Shown: positions 20,605-29,724 of the stretch, in pieces | How positions within the stretch are numbered: the stretch's first letter is position 1 | Layout of the letters: every line of letters starts with the position of its first letter | Source of the DNA: a virus | Lineage: Duplodnaviria; Caudoviricetes | IMG/VR virus record: IMGVR_UViG_3300022725_000123 | Span: 1-55,219 of that record | Strand: one strand, 5' to 3' | Length of the DNA: 55,219 bases | Position numbers and translations under genes: made by a program | Notes under the pieces: model-generated | What the model was told of the DNA's origin: nothing | Databases searched by the model: none | Seen by the model: only the letters and a program-made list of their open reading frames with translations

Positions 20605-22278
20605 TTATTTTGCTTTTATAATTGTTATGTAAAATTGAACATCTACGGGGGTTCGAGCGGCTGAAAATGGATTGTAAAAGCGAACAGCTACTTGATCTAC
20701 ACCACTGTAATAAGAATCATACGGTAGGTAGCTTAAATTACTTGCAGAGCCGTAAGCTTCGGTAGGAGTGAGTTGTATAGCATCGCCTGGCTGTATGCCC
20801 GGCACGGAATACACTACCACTGTATCTCCGCCGCTAGCAATACTGTTGCCAAAATTCATGCTACTGGTGGTAACCGTGATATAATCCGCCACACTATCGC
20901 GCACGTAGGTTTCGATATTAGTAGCGTTCATTTGGCTGCCGTCAGAGATTAGGGTTTGACCGTTGGTAAGAAAGAGGGAGTTAGCATCCATGAAATTACC
21001 ATTAATAGTTATTCCTTCATCTGCGGTGAAATTTAAATTCTTTTGTGCTCCTAATGAAATGCCATCAGTAGTTAATATTTCAATACTCTTATTTCCTTCA
21101 TAAAAACTACCATTACTTATAACAGATTGCAAGTTTTGGTCACCTGTGTTAATGCCTGAAAGGTTACTTAAATTGGTAATATCACTTGCTGTAATATTTG
21201 ATGCCTGACTTGCAGAATATGTTGGGTCTGTTTCTGTGTAACCTGTTATATACCCAGCTCCATTTGTTAATTCGTTATTATTAGTTGGTATATCTGCTCG
21301 TATAGATGCTGAAGTATCTCCCAACTCTATTCGAGTAATACCTGAAGACGTTATTGCACTAACATCAAATCGAGTGGCTATGGTAGTAAGAGTGTCTGAA
21401 AAAGAAATACCTGATGCAATATTTGAAGCAATCGCACTATCTACTTGAATACGATTATATATAGATGCCGCATTCATTTTGGTACCATCGCTTATTAATG
21501 TTTGACCGTTGGTAAGGGAAAGGCCGTTGGCGTCGATTATATTTCCATTAATATCTATATCATCTAAATAAATTATAGGCCATCTTCTTAAGGCAGTTCC
21601 AAGGGTAGCGTTATTTGTTTGAATTAAAGACCCAAATACTTGCACACTTTTTCCTGTGCCTGGCTTTAAAAACAAATGGTCATTAACCTCAATCATAGGT
21701 AATTCTCCAAGATATTTAGTAAACCAAATTATTTTATTACCGATCTGGTTCTTGATTCCTTTTGTACTTAAAATATGTACTGTATCTTTAATATTTATAC
21801 GAGAACCTCCTTTTGCTACATTAAAAAAAACAAAACTACTGTCACTTTTTATAAACCTAATAAAAGCTACTTGATTATTTTCATTTAATGTATATCTGAT
21901 CTCACTATTATAAGGTGTCTCCGTATCTGAATTTAAAATAAGATTGTTATCATTAATTCCATCAAATATAAAATGATTAGCTTTAAATTTAATCGTATCT
22001 ACATTTTTAAAGTAATGCTGAAAATCAAATATTCTCCAATTTCCTTGATCCCAATAATACAAGCTGCTATCCTTCTTCTGATACACCGCTGCACTATCGC
22101 GCAGGTAAGTAGGGAGCAAGGCGGTATCTTGCAGTACGTGAATGCCGCCGCTTATGTTCTCCATCTTTACCACGCCAAAGGGGCCGGTAGGCTCCAGATC
22201 GCCGCTGCTGCCAAATTTGCCTTGAGCAAAAGCAGTAAGGGAAAAAATGAATGCTATGTAGGTGAGTACTTTTTTCAT
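20605..22278 (-). CDS. fibre-like protein with Sec signal peptide
   Basis: Signal peptide MKKVLTYIAFIFSLTAFA|Q; fibre-type motifs LGTALRRW, IPTNNNELTNGAGYITGYTETDP and NTGDQNLQSV; a duplicated 28-aa segment. Confidence 0.6.
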   Translation of the reverse strand: MKKVLTYIAFIFSLTAFAQGKFGSSGDLEPTGPFGVVKMENISGGIHVLQDTALLPTYLRDSAAVYQKKDSSLYYWDQGNWRIFDFQHYFKNVDTIKFKANHFIFDGINDNNLILNSDTETPYNSEIRYTLNENNQVAFIRFIKSDSSFVFFNVAKGGSRINIKDTVHILSTKGIKNQIGNKIIWFTKYLGELPMIEVNDHLFLKPGTGKSVQVFGSLIQTNNATLGTALRRWPIIYLDDIDINGNIIDANGLSLTNGQTLISDGTKMNAASIYNRIQVDSAIASNIASGISFSDTLTTIATRFDVSAITSSGITRIELGDTSASIRADIPTNNNELTNGAGYITGYTETDPTYSASQASNITASDITNLSNLSGINTGDQNLQSVISNGSFYEGNKSIEILTTDGISLGAQKNLNFTADEGITINGNFMDANSLFLTNGQTLISDGSQMNATNIETYVRDSVADYITVTTSSMNFGNSIASGGDTVVVYSVPGIQPGDAIQLTPTEAYGSASNLSYLPYDSYYSGVDQVAVRFYNPFSAARTPVDVQFYITIIKAK

Positions 22279-23237
22279 TGTGCAATAATTTCGCTGTCGC
22301 TGGTGTAAAGATTGTTGCTTACATAAATATGGTAGCTTTCGGTATAGCCACTCTCATTGGTAAAGCTGCGGGTAGTTTGGGTAAAGCTGGCTAAGCTGCC
22401 AAAGCCATTTACCGTAAGGCTACTCAAATCGCCGTAGCTCGCTGGGTAGGCCAGTACCACGTAGCCCTCCGGGGAGGGGCTTACGCTAAAGGTTTCGCTC
22501 CGGTTGGTGCGCAAAGCGCTGGTTAGGGCTTGTATTTCGCTATCGTTGGGGTTATTATTACTGGCCAGGCCCCAATAATTGGAATTGCGGTAATAGATAG
22601 ATAAGGCATCGCTTACGGTGCCGGTAGGGTTGGTGGCTTGTAAGTTGATGGTAAAATTGGTATTGATGGGAAAGGTAAGCGTATATTGACCCGTGGCGCT
22701 GGCGCTGGTATCAGGCTGGGTGAAGTTTTGAGCTACGCCCTCAATGGTAATGGTGGTAATGGTATCGGAGCTGGATAGGCGGGTTACCGTCCAGTTAGCA
22801 ATAGCGTTATCAATACCAGCAGTACTTTTCTGAACGATAAAATTACTTCCACTAGTGCTGCCCCGAAAGGTGGCGGTAAGGCTGGCTGTAAGCGGTTCAG
22901 CGGGAAAGAATATTTCGCTAAAGGTAGTCCAAGTTTCCCCTTCCAAGGTATTGAAATTGCGGGTAATGGTTTTGCCTTGATATTTAGAAAATATGGAGGT
23001 ATCGGTTACACCTGTTCTCATTAAATTTCTAAACGTAGCTAAATCAACCGTATCAACTTTACCGCTAAGAGGTAATGTCCATAAAATTAAAGTATCTGCT
23101 GTACCCGCGTAGTCTATTATTAAACTATCTTCAACAATTATACCAGATTGAAAAGTTCGATGTGTTGGAGTATTAATAGTTTGACTAAACAAATTAAAAC
23201 TAAGTAACGTAAATAATATGTAAAATAACTTTTTCAT
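22275..23237 (-). CDS. secreted Thr/Ser-rich beta protein (Ig-like/fibre-associated)
   Basis: Signal peptide MKKLFYILFTLLSFNLFS|Q; YWG...YVVLAYPASYG...YHIYVS C-terminal domain. Confidence 0.55.
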   Translation of the reverse strand: MKKLFYILFTLLSFNLFSQTINTPTHRTFQSGIIVEDSLIIDYAGTADTLILWTLPLSGKVDTVDLATFRNLMRTGVTDTSIFSKYQGKTITRNFNTLEGETWTTFSEIFFPAEPLTASLTATFRGSTSGSNFIVQKSTAGIDNAIANWTVTRLSSSDTITTITIEGVAQNFTQPDTSASATGQYTLTFPINTNFTINLQATNPTGTVSDALSIYYRNSNYWGLASNNNPNDSEIQALTSALRTNRSETFSVSPSPEGYVVLAYPASYGDLSSLTVNGFGSLASFTQTTRSFTNESGYTESYHIYVSNNLYTSDSEIIAQ

Positions 23238-23599
23238 CTAAAAATAATAATTTTTATATCACCAGTAATTGGTACTGGAAATGTTACTAAACCTGTTGAA
23301 GTATCTATTGTTGTTCCGGGAATACTTTGTGCTGAAAGTGTACCATCTGATACAAATACCAATATTCTTTCCTCGTTAACAGTTGATACATCTGCTGATA
23401 TAGTATATGTTGTTTCTGAAGATAAAGTATCGTTTTCAACAACTGCTCCTACTATATTAGCAATAAAATCTTTTAATTGTATTTTAATATTATCTTCTAC
23501 TCCACCAGCTTCATTATGACCAACAATATAAAAAGAATCATAATAAGGTGACGCTAACAAAGAGGTCATTCCTTTTAAAGTAAAATCTGAAAGTTTCAT
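23234..23599 (-). CDS. small structural/tail-associated protein
   Basis: ORF track; beta-rich protein in the tail module. Confidence 0.45.
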   Translation of the reverse strand: MKLSDFTLKGMTSLLASPYYDSFYIVGHNEAGGVEDNIKIQLKDFIANIVGAVVENDTLSSETTYTISADVSTVNEERILVFVSDGTLSAQSIPGTTIDTSTGLVTFPVPITGDIKIIIFR

Positions 23600-24240
23600 A
23601 TAAATTTAGGTACTAAATTAAGTTGTGTCTTTGTGCCGAAGATAAGAGAATTATTAGAAATTATAATACTATTATTTGGAAAATAGTCAGGTATTTGGGT
23701 GTTATTAACAGTAGCGTTTCTATCCCAACCAACAAAAGTTTTTCCCGGACAAGTTAAATTACCAGTATTATCTTTAATTATATATGTATCTCCTTCAACA
23801 TACACATTGCTATCAACAGGTGGTGTTCCAGAAGTAGCTTCAAAACCAGTTAAATAATTAACAGTAAGTGTTCCCTCTGGTGTACTTTCTTCAGGATATA
23901 TACAATTATTATTTTCATCCAATATGAAATTACCACTTTCATCTGTTAATGCTCCGTCTCCACATAAAGGTGGTGTTACAATACTAGAAGGTAATACACT
24001 TGTAGAAACGTCACTACAATTTGAACATAAATCTTGTAAGACATCTACTAATAAGTTTTTTACATCTTCAGAAGAACATTCAGAAGTTAAAAAATAAGAA
24101 GCCGTCTGAAAAAAGGAAGTTTTTTGAACATCTATTTCAAACCTTCCTTTTTTAATATTATTACATACTAAATTAGCTTCTTTTACAATGCAACTTTCTT
24201 TTGTAGTAATAAAAGAATTTATTTCATTTTCGATGAACAT
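23596..24240 (-). CDS. Cys-rich tail hub-like protein with C-terminal InlB B-repeat (Listeria-Bacteroides repeat)-like domain
   Basis: TVNY..ATSGTPPVD..YVEGDTY..GNLTCPGKTFVGW matches the B-repeat pattern; also contains LTDESGNFILDE. Confidence 0.55.
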   Translation of the reverse strand: MFIENEINSFITTKESCIVKEANLVCNNIKKGRFEIDVQKTSFFQTASYFLTSECSSEDVKNLLVDVLQDLCSNCSDVSTSVLPSSIVTPPLCGDGALTDESGNFILDENNNCIYPEESTPEGTLTVNYLTGFEATSGTPPVDSNVYVEGDTYIIKDNTGNLTCPGKTFVGWDRNATVNNTQIPDYFPNNSIIISNNSLIFGTKTQLNLVPKFI

Positions 24241-24767
24241 TTTTCACAAAGCTTTTTAATAATTTCAAATTTACATAACGCGTTGCTAAATTCACCCAAT
24301 TTTGCGGAAACTTTTGCTGAATACAATAAAGCTCTTATTTCAGCACCTTTTTGTAAAACATCTTCAATAAAACAATTACCAGAACAAACACTATCTAAAT
24401 TATTTGCAATACAACAATCTATTTCGTAATGTACAATACCACCAATATTTTGAATTGTTCCATCAGAACTTAATATTTTAAACGCCCAAACACCATCAAA
24501 AAGTCTTTCAGAACTTTCACCTAAGTTAGAACTACTTATAGTGTGTATAAACTCGGTACCTATTGTAGTGGTAGTTGATGCAAAATTTAAATCGTTGGCT
24601 CCTGAAGTAGTAGTATATGTGGTACCATTAATAGTTGCTGAACCATTATCTGCTTGTGTATATGTCAAAGTACCATTTAAATACGATTCAACAACTTTGT
24701 AAGTTGAAGCATCATCTGGTTCAATTAATGATATTTTTTTAAAATCTGAACTTACTTCTATTTTCAT
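24219..24767 (-). CDS. Cys-rich tail hub-like structural protein
   Basis: DGVWAF motif and a Cys-rich helical C-terminus (DCC...C...C...LCEKC). Confidence 0.5.
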   Translation of the reverse strand: MKIEVSSDFKKISLIEPDDASTYKVVESYLNGTLTYTQADNGSATINGTTYTTTSGANDLNFASTTTTIGTEFIHTISSSNLGESSERLFDGVWAFKILSSDGTIQNIGGIVHYEIDCCIANNLDSVCSGNCFIEDVLQKGAEIRALLYSAKVSAKLGEFSNALCKFEIIKKLCEKCSSKMK

Positions 24768-24770
24768 ATA

Positions 24771-25034
24771 TTACTCTTGCACCGTTTTTAAATTCGACAA
24801 ATCAAAATCATGTTCAATAGGTAAAATAACATTGCAGTAGTAGTCTTCACCTATCACCGCTTCTTTATCTACCTCGCCGGCTTCGTTGTACGTTGCAGGT
24901 GTGACTACTTTTTTGTAAGGATTGTTGTGTTGCGGGAAGTAACTGTCAGCGGCAAAGTGCGATTGCAAGGTGGTCAGATCAGCTTCTAAATCTGACAAAC
25001 TTCCTGCTAATAATATGCGGGGATACTTGCTCAT
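24771..25034 (-). CDS. hypothetical protein (fibre-associated)
   Basis: VVTPATYNEAGEV motif; follows the fibre gene. Confidence 0.45.
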   Translation of the reverse strand: MSKYPRILLAGSLSDLEADLTTLQSHFAADSYFPQHNNPYKKVVTPATYNEAGEVDKEAVIGEDYYCNVILPIEHDFDLSNLKTVQE

Positions 25035-26263
25035 AATGTTTCGTTATTCAATTCTGTTTCCGTTAATGCGAAAGGGCTAAACTTTAGTAGATTTATTTGA
25101 TTTTTCCCATTTTTTCCTGAAATTACTAAATCGCTATTTGCGCTAAAGTCCAAATTTTGCGACGTGCTTAATGCGGTGTTTCCATTAACGCTAATAATGC
25201 ATCCCGATGCTCCCCAGGTTAAGGCTATGTGTGAATTATCTGTGGTTAATGCGTAGCTGGTGCTTTCGCCGCTATCCTGTATAAATACACCCGGCCTTGA
25301 ATCACTTGTGGTGCTGATATATATATATATTCGGTTTCCCGTAGTGCCTAATTGAAAGAATGTATGCGATGATTCCCGCAACCGCGCTACGCTATTTATT
25401 TTAATTACAAATGTTCCTTCCGTAGCTGAGATGAGTCCTTTGCTAATTATATCGCTTAACGTGACTTTTTCATCAGAACGTGTAACGGATGATGTCGTTG
25501 TGTTTATAATGTCGGTTGGGTAGTTTCCTTCTTCTAGTTGCGCTTGCCAAATAAGCACGTCTGCGGAGTCCGGAAATCCATTGATGCCAACCAAATTTCT
25601 AAGACCAAGATAAAAATCGGAATCACTACCTGTAGGCGTTAGGTTTACGTCAAACCGCTGCCACTCTCCTGTAACAGTAATTTTTTTAAACGCGGTCGGC
25701 GGACGATTTGACCCAAACAATAGGTCAAATGAAGCTCCCGTATTGCTTTTCAGGAATATAGATCGGTTGTTCTGAGCAGTTACTAGAATATTTTCATAGC
25801 GAAGGAATGAAAAATCAGATGGTGTTGTACCTCCATTCAGATTGAATTGCGCTCTGTCAGCGTTCATCGTTCCGTCTGGTGACATAGCGTAATTTGAAGT
25901 TATTACCACTTCACTTCCCGTACCTCCGTCAGGCTTGCTCCATGCACTATCTGTAAAATCATTAGAAGGAAATATGTAATTTTTTCGGCTTGGATTCACC
26001 ACTAATTCAGCGCACCCGGTTTCGCCAAACGGCTCACTCCAATTAGGCTCATCTTCTGCTAACGTGATAAACTTGCCGTTACGATACGCAACGGCTCCGC
26101 TTTTTGCAGCATCTTCTGCGGTATTAGGGCGGGTGAAATTCCCCTTAATAATCTTGCTGCCTGCGGCGGCCTGGTCGTTGTAAAAATGCACCTTGCCTTT
26201 GTCCGCGCCATCTTCGGTAGCGGCTACTAATAGTGTTGTGAAGGGTCCCAAACTCATTGCCAA
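25031..26263 (-). CDS. head/tail spike-fibre protein with carbohydrate-binding and LamG-like domains
   Basis: RKNYIFPSNDF..AW, SPDGTMNADR, WQRF, IWQAQLEEG.YPT..I.TT..VTR, EGTF and HIALTW motifs. Confidence 0.65.
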   Translation of the reverse strand: MAMSLGPFTTLLVAATEDGADKGKVHFYNDQAAAGSKIIKGNFTRPNTAEDAAKSGAVAYRNGKFITLAEDEPNWSEPFGETGCAELVVNPSRKNYIFPSNDFTDSAWSKPDGGTGSEVVITSNYAMSPDGTMNADRAQFNLNGGTTPSDFSFLRYENILVTAQNNRSIFLKSNTGASFDLLFGSNRPPTAFKKITVTGEWQRFDVNLTPTGSDSDFYLGLRNLVGINGFPDSADVLIWQAQLEEGNYPTDIINTTTSSVTRSDEKVTLSDIISKGLISATEGTFVIKINSVARLRESSHTFFQLGTTGNRIYIYISTTSDSRPGVFIQDSGESTSYALTTDNSHIALTWGASGCIISVNGNTALSTSQNLDFSANSDLVISGKNGKNQINLLKFSPFALTETELNNETL

Positions 26264-26490
26264 TTATTTTTAACAGATTGATAAATATAGGTTAGACTTA
26301 TAGGCGTAGCACTAGCCGTTTCTAGTTCGCTTTTGATCTGGAAGGCTTTGTTAGTTTGACCATCGTCGCTACTATTGTCTATTTGTGTTTTTAAACAAGA
26401 TAAACTTAACACAGTACTATCAACATCACTTAATGAATTTACTACTTGTGTTAGTAATGAATTAGATAAAAAATGAGTAATACTACGCAT
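26254..26490 (-). CDS. hypothetical protein, possibly chimeric remnant
   Basis: Translationally coupled on both sides; base composition changes mid-gene. Confidence 0.4.
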   Translation of the reverse strand: MRSITHFLSNSLLTQVVNSLSDVDSTVLSLSCLKTQIDNSSDDGQTNKAFQIKSELETASATPISLTYIYQSVKNNWQ

Positions 26491-26902
26491 AGTCTCCTAT
26501 TAAAACAAAATTATTATCAGATCTTTTTATTAACCTTGCTCCTGCATAATCAGAAGATATAGTTAATGTGTTATTAGAACTACCATTTAGGTTTACACCA
26601 TTAGTAGAAGTAATTACAATATTACCAGTATTAAGTTTTTGAAAATCAACATAGTCTAAATTCTTAAATTCTAAGTTATCTGATACTTTAAATGTTAAAT
26701 TTGAAGTACCTGTATTATTTAATACTTTATTATTGTCGTCTTTGTTAATATATCTTGAACTCTGAACATTTACTTGTTTTCCAATATTTTCAAATATATT
26801 TGTTAATACTTGTTTAAATAATGGAATTTCAGAACTCGTATAATTTTTTAAAATTGAAAGAGATTCCTCAAATGTTAAATTTTTGAATTCGTTATTTGTC
26901 AT
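26483..26902 (-). CDS. small fibre-tip-like structural protein
   Basis: TGNIVI...GVNL...GARLIK...FVLIGD C-terminal domain common in phage fibres. Confidence 0.5.
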   Translation of the reverse strand: MTNNEFKNLTFEESLSILKNYTSSEIPLFKQVLTNIFENIGKQVNVQSSRYINKDDNNKVLNNTGTSNLTFKVSDNLEFKNLDYVDFQKLNTGNIVITSTNGVNLNGSSNNTLTISSDYAGARLIKRSDNNFVLIGDYA

Positions 26903-26904
26903 AA

Positions 26905-26940
26905 TAAAAAATTAAAAAGGGTTGTATAAAACAACCCCTT
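26905..26940 (-). terminator. intrinsic terminator after capsid operon
   Basis: AAGGGGTTGT-TTTAT-ACAACCCTTT followed by a T-rich tail, right after the stop at 26944. Confidence 0.7.
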
Positions 26941-26943
26941 ATT

Positions 26944-28194
26944 TTATAGAGTACTTACAGATAAGTCGGAAGGAGTATTTAAATCAGTAATAAGAACGTT
27001 GGTGTTTGTATGATCGGTTCCATTAGCACCTGCGTTACAATACACTGTAATATTTCGTTGGATTTTATTTTCTTGAAATCCAGTACGAGTAGTTCCTAAG
27101 TAATCTATAGATACAACATCGTATTTTTTAGAACTATCTGCAAATAAAACAGAACGATAGTCATACAAAACGGGTTCTCCCATTCGATACAGTTCTCCAA
27201 AGTTTCCATTTGCAAACCATTCATCATCTGCAACTCTTTTACCTGCTCCAATACCTTGAGAGGAAGCTTGGCTTTCTGTTACTTCAGTAGTTCCACAGTC
27301 ATCTAATGTTACAGTAAAATTAAATTTTTCGTATTGGAATTTTCCAAGTGACCAAAAAAGTTCTTTACCTGTCATTTTAACACCGTACTTTAATGAAGAT
27401 GTATCATCAGCTTCTACAAATTTAAGTCCTGTATCAGCAATAGTTTCTGTTTCACCAACATAAGTTCTATCTAAAGTAGCTTGGTTGTTTGCAGTATCAA
27501 TTGCTGTAATACGATATACTGGATCTGTAGCAGATGTACCTACACGAAGTAAGTCACCAACATCTAAAGCAGCACTACCTGTACCATCATCAATATCGTC
27601 TGCTGTAATAAACTTAGAGCCTTTTGTAAATACTACATTGTTTACACTAGTACCCAGTGCAGCATCAGATCCTGTAGAAGCTACCAGTTCAAACTTAATT
27701 CTATCTTCGGGTTCACGTTTAAAGTTACGAATTAATGAATCACGTAAACCTTCCGCAATTCCTAATTGACTAGCAGCAGCAGGTGATTGATACCAACCAG
27801 CTTTACGATATCTTAATTCAGTAGAAGTTCCACCAAAATTATACATTTCCAAATTCACAGTGTAAAAGTTATTTTCAATTACATGAATTGAATTTGAACT
27901 TCCGTTAAAGCCTACATATTTAATACTTTCTGTTGGCGCGGAATAAGCTTTTGCGCTTACTTTAAGAATATCAGCTACCTTAATAGGTTCTGATACTGTT
28001 AAATCACCGTTGTCATTTTTTGCTACGATAGCAATTTCTTTACTACCTGACGCAATTGCAGTACCATCTTTTTCTACCGCAATTACTTCTCCAACCGCAG
28101 CATCTGCGCTAAAAGTATTTGTTGTAGTTTCAGTTGCTGCACTAGTTGCGTTTGCAACGACTACTTGTTTTGTTGATTTTTGAAATTCAGACAT
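26944..28194 (-). CDS. auxiliary capsid/structural protein (crAss conserved)
   Basis: Third gene after the MCP; GIGAGKRVADDEWF..GN.G..YR motif. Confidence 0.65.
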   Translation of the reverse strand: MSEFQKSTKQVVVANATSAATETTTNTFSADAAVGEVIAVEKDGTAIASGSKEIAIVAKNDNGDLTVSEPIKVADILKVSAKAYSAPTESIKYVGFNGSSNSIHVIENNFYTVNLEMYNFGGTSTELRYRKAGWYQSPAAASQLGIAEGLRDSLIRNFKREPEDRIKFELVASTGSDAALGTSVNNVVFTKGSKFITADDIDDGTGSAALDVGDLLRVGTSATDPVYRITAIDTANNQATLDRTYVGETETIADTGLKFVEADDTSSLKYGVKMTGKELFWSLGKFQYEKFNFTVTLDDCGTTEVTESQASSQGIGAGKRVADDEWFANGNFGELYRMGEPVLYDYRSVLFADSSKKYDVVSIDYLGTTRTGFQENKIQRNITVYCNAGANGTDHTNTNVLITDLNTPSDLSVSTL

Positions 28195-28195
28195 T

Positions 28196-28876
28196 TTAAT
28201 TATTTTTATTATTAATATTATTTGTTATTTGCAATGCTTGATTTACAGCTAATTTTACAATATCCCTATGTGTATTACTTGGTAATTCAGAGTCTGTTGG
28301 AACTGTAAGACCATTGATACTGTTACTTAATGTTTTAATTATAATAGGTTTAGGATATCGTATGTACTTATATTTATATTCTGAAGGTTTTGAATTTGAA
28401 ATTGTTAGTATTTCAACCAACCTTTTATTATTTATTTTTTTGTAATCTAATCTCCAAGAAAGCTCTTCATTTGGTTTTTTAAAAGGGTTTTTAAACTGGT
28501 AATCAAATTCATCATATTTATATGGTACAACGCTCGTTTTTTTATTTTTTAGGAGTGTTGAACTAGAAGATAAAGTAACTTCTTCTTTTAAAATAAACAT
28601 TAAATCATTTTTCAACTCAAAAAACCGTGATTGAGAATTTGTTGCGTCACTAGGATAATTTAAAGGTGTTGCTGAAACATCGGACTCAATTAAATTTGAA
28701 ATTGCTCTACGATAAACTTCTGATTTATCAAGAAAAGAGTATGCTTGTTTAACATACTCTTCTTGACCATAAGTTAACATTAGTGAAATATCATATTCGT
28801 CTAATGGTGGAGCAGAGTTACTAGTTAATGTATCATACAAACTAATAAACTCTAATTCAAATTCAGCGAGTGTCAT
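28196..28876 (-). CDS. ring/head-tail adaptor protein
   Basis: MTLAEF...YD...SN.APPLD.Y.IS..LT..Q, NPFKKP, YIRYPKPII and H.DIVKLAV motifs. Confidence 0.7.
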   Translation of the reverse strand: MTLAEFELEFISLYDTLTSNSAPPLDEYDISLMLTYGQEEYVKQAYSFLDKSEVYRRAISNLIESDVSATPLNYPSDATNSQSRFFELKNDLMFILKEEVTLSSSSTLLKNKKTSVVPYKYDEFDYQFKNPFKKPNEELSWRLDYKKINNKRLVEILTISNSKPSEYKYKYIRYPKPIIIKTLSNSINGLTVPTDSELPSNTHRDIVKLAVNQALQITNNINNKNN

Positions 28877-29706
28877 ATATCAACTCGATCTTCAATTAAT
28901 ACTCTAATGCTTTGATTCTTATTATCCATTAAGAATTTAATAAGTTGTCCATAGGTGTCACCTAATTTATCACCTTCTTTTAAATAATATTTATTTCCTT
29001 CTTTTACAATTATTTGCTGATTTAAAGCTTTTGTTACAAGAACTTTAATGTCAAAAGTAGCATCAGTAAGAGTTTCATAAAAATACTTCATATTTGCTTT
29101 AGAGCCTTTAATATAAGTATCTTTAATCTGCTTAATTAAAAAACTATCACTTGTAGAAGAACTTATTGACTTACCTGTAATTTTTAAGAAATTAATCATT
29201 TGAACACGATCCTTTTTCAAATCAGAAAAAAGTTCCCACACTTTTTCTTCGTAATCTGTTTCTTCTTTTTCGTGTAAGGCTTCTTCTTCAACATCTCTTA
29301 AGTAGTATCGATATGATAATTTATTACCTAATTCTTTTTTAGAAGGCGCTACTGTCAAAGTGTTATTTTTTAACACTTTAAAAGTAATCAAATCTTCTGG
29401 ATTTCTTAAATCTAAAGTTCTAGGTGTTTTATCTAACAATACTTCAAAAGTATCCCAAAAATTATCATGACGTTCACGAACAGATAAACTTCTTTTGTAA
29501 ACCTCTTCTTCAAGATATTTTCTTTCTTCTTCCGTTAACACTTCTTTGTATTGGCCTGTTTTTTTATCAATAGGTGTTACAAATCTGTTCTTAGCACCGG
29601 GTGCTAAAAAAGAAGAACGATGTCCAACATCAGGAATAAAAGAAGTTGGTTTAACATTCGGTTCTACAATAATCTTTTTGTTTTTTAAAACGCTGTTTTT
29701 TGACAT
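28873..29706 (-). CDS. conserved capsid-associated protein downstream of MCP
   Basis: DNFW...LDLRNPED motif; conserved synteny. Confidence 0.65.
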   Translation of the reverse strand: MSKNSVLKNKKIIVEPNVKPTSFIPDVGHRSSFLAPGAKNRFVTPIDKKTGQYKEVLTEEERKYLEEEVYKRSLSVRERHDNFWDTFEVLLDKTPRTLDLRNPEDLITFKVLKNNTLTVAPSKKELGNKLSYRYYLRDVEEEALHEKEETDYEEKVWELFSDLKKDRVQMINFLKITGKSISSSTSDSFLIKQIKDTYIKGSKANMKYFYETLTDATFDIKVLVTKALNQQIIVKEGNKYYLKEGDKLGDTYGQLIKFLMDNKNQSIRVLIEDRVDI

Positions 29707-29724
29707 GAATTATTTAATTTTAGT

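Noticed and set aside
16919-26263. Diversity-generating retroelement or invertase-based fibre switching
   Set aside because: No reverse transcriptase or recombinase in the window. The 28-aa duplication differs at all base types rather than only at adenines.
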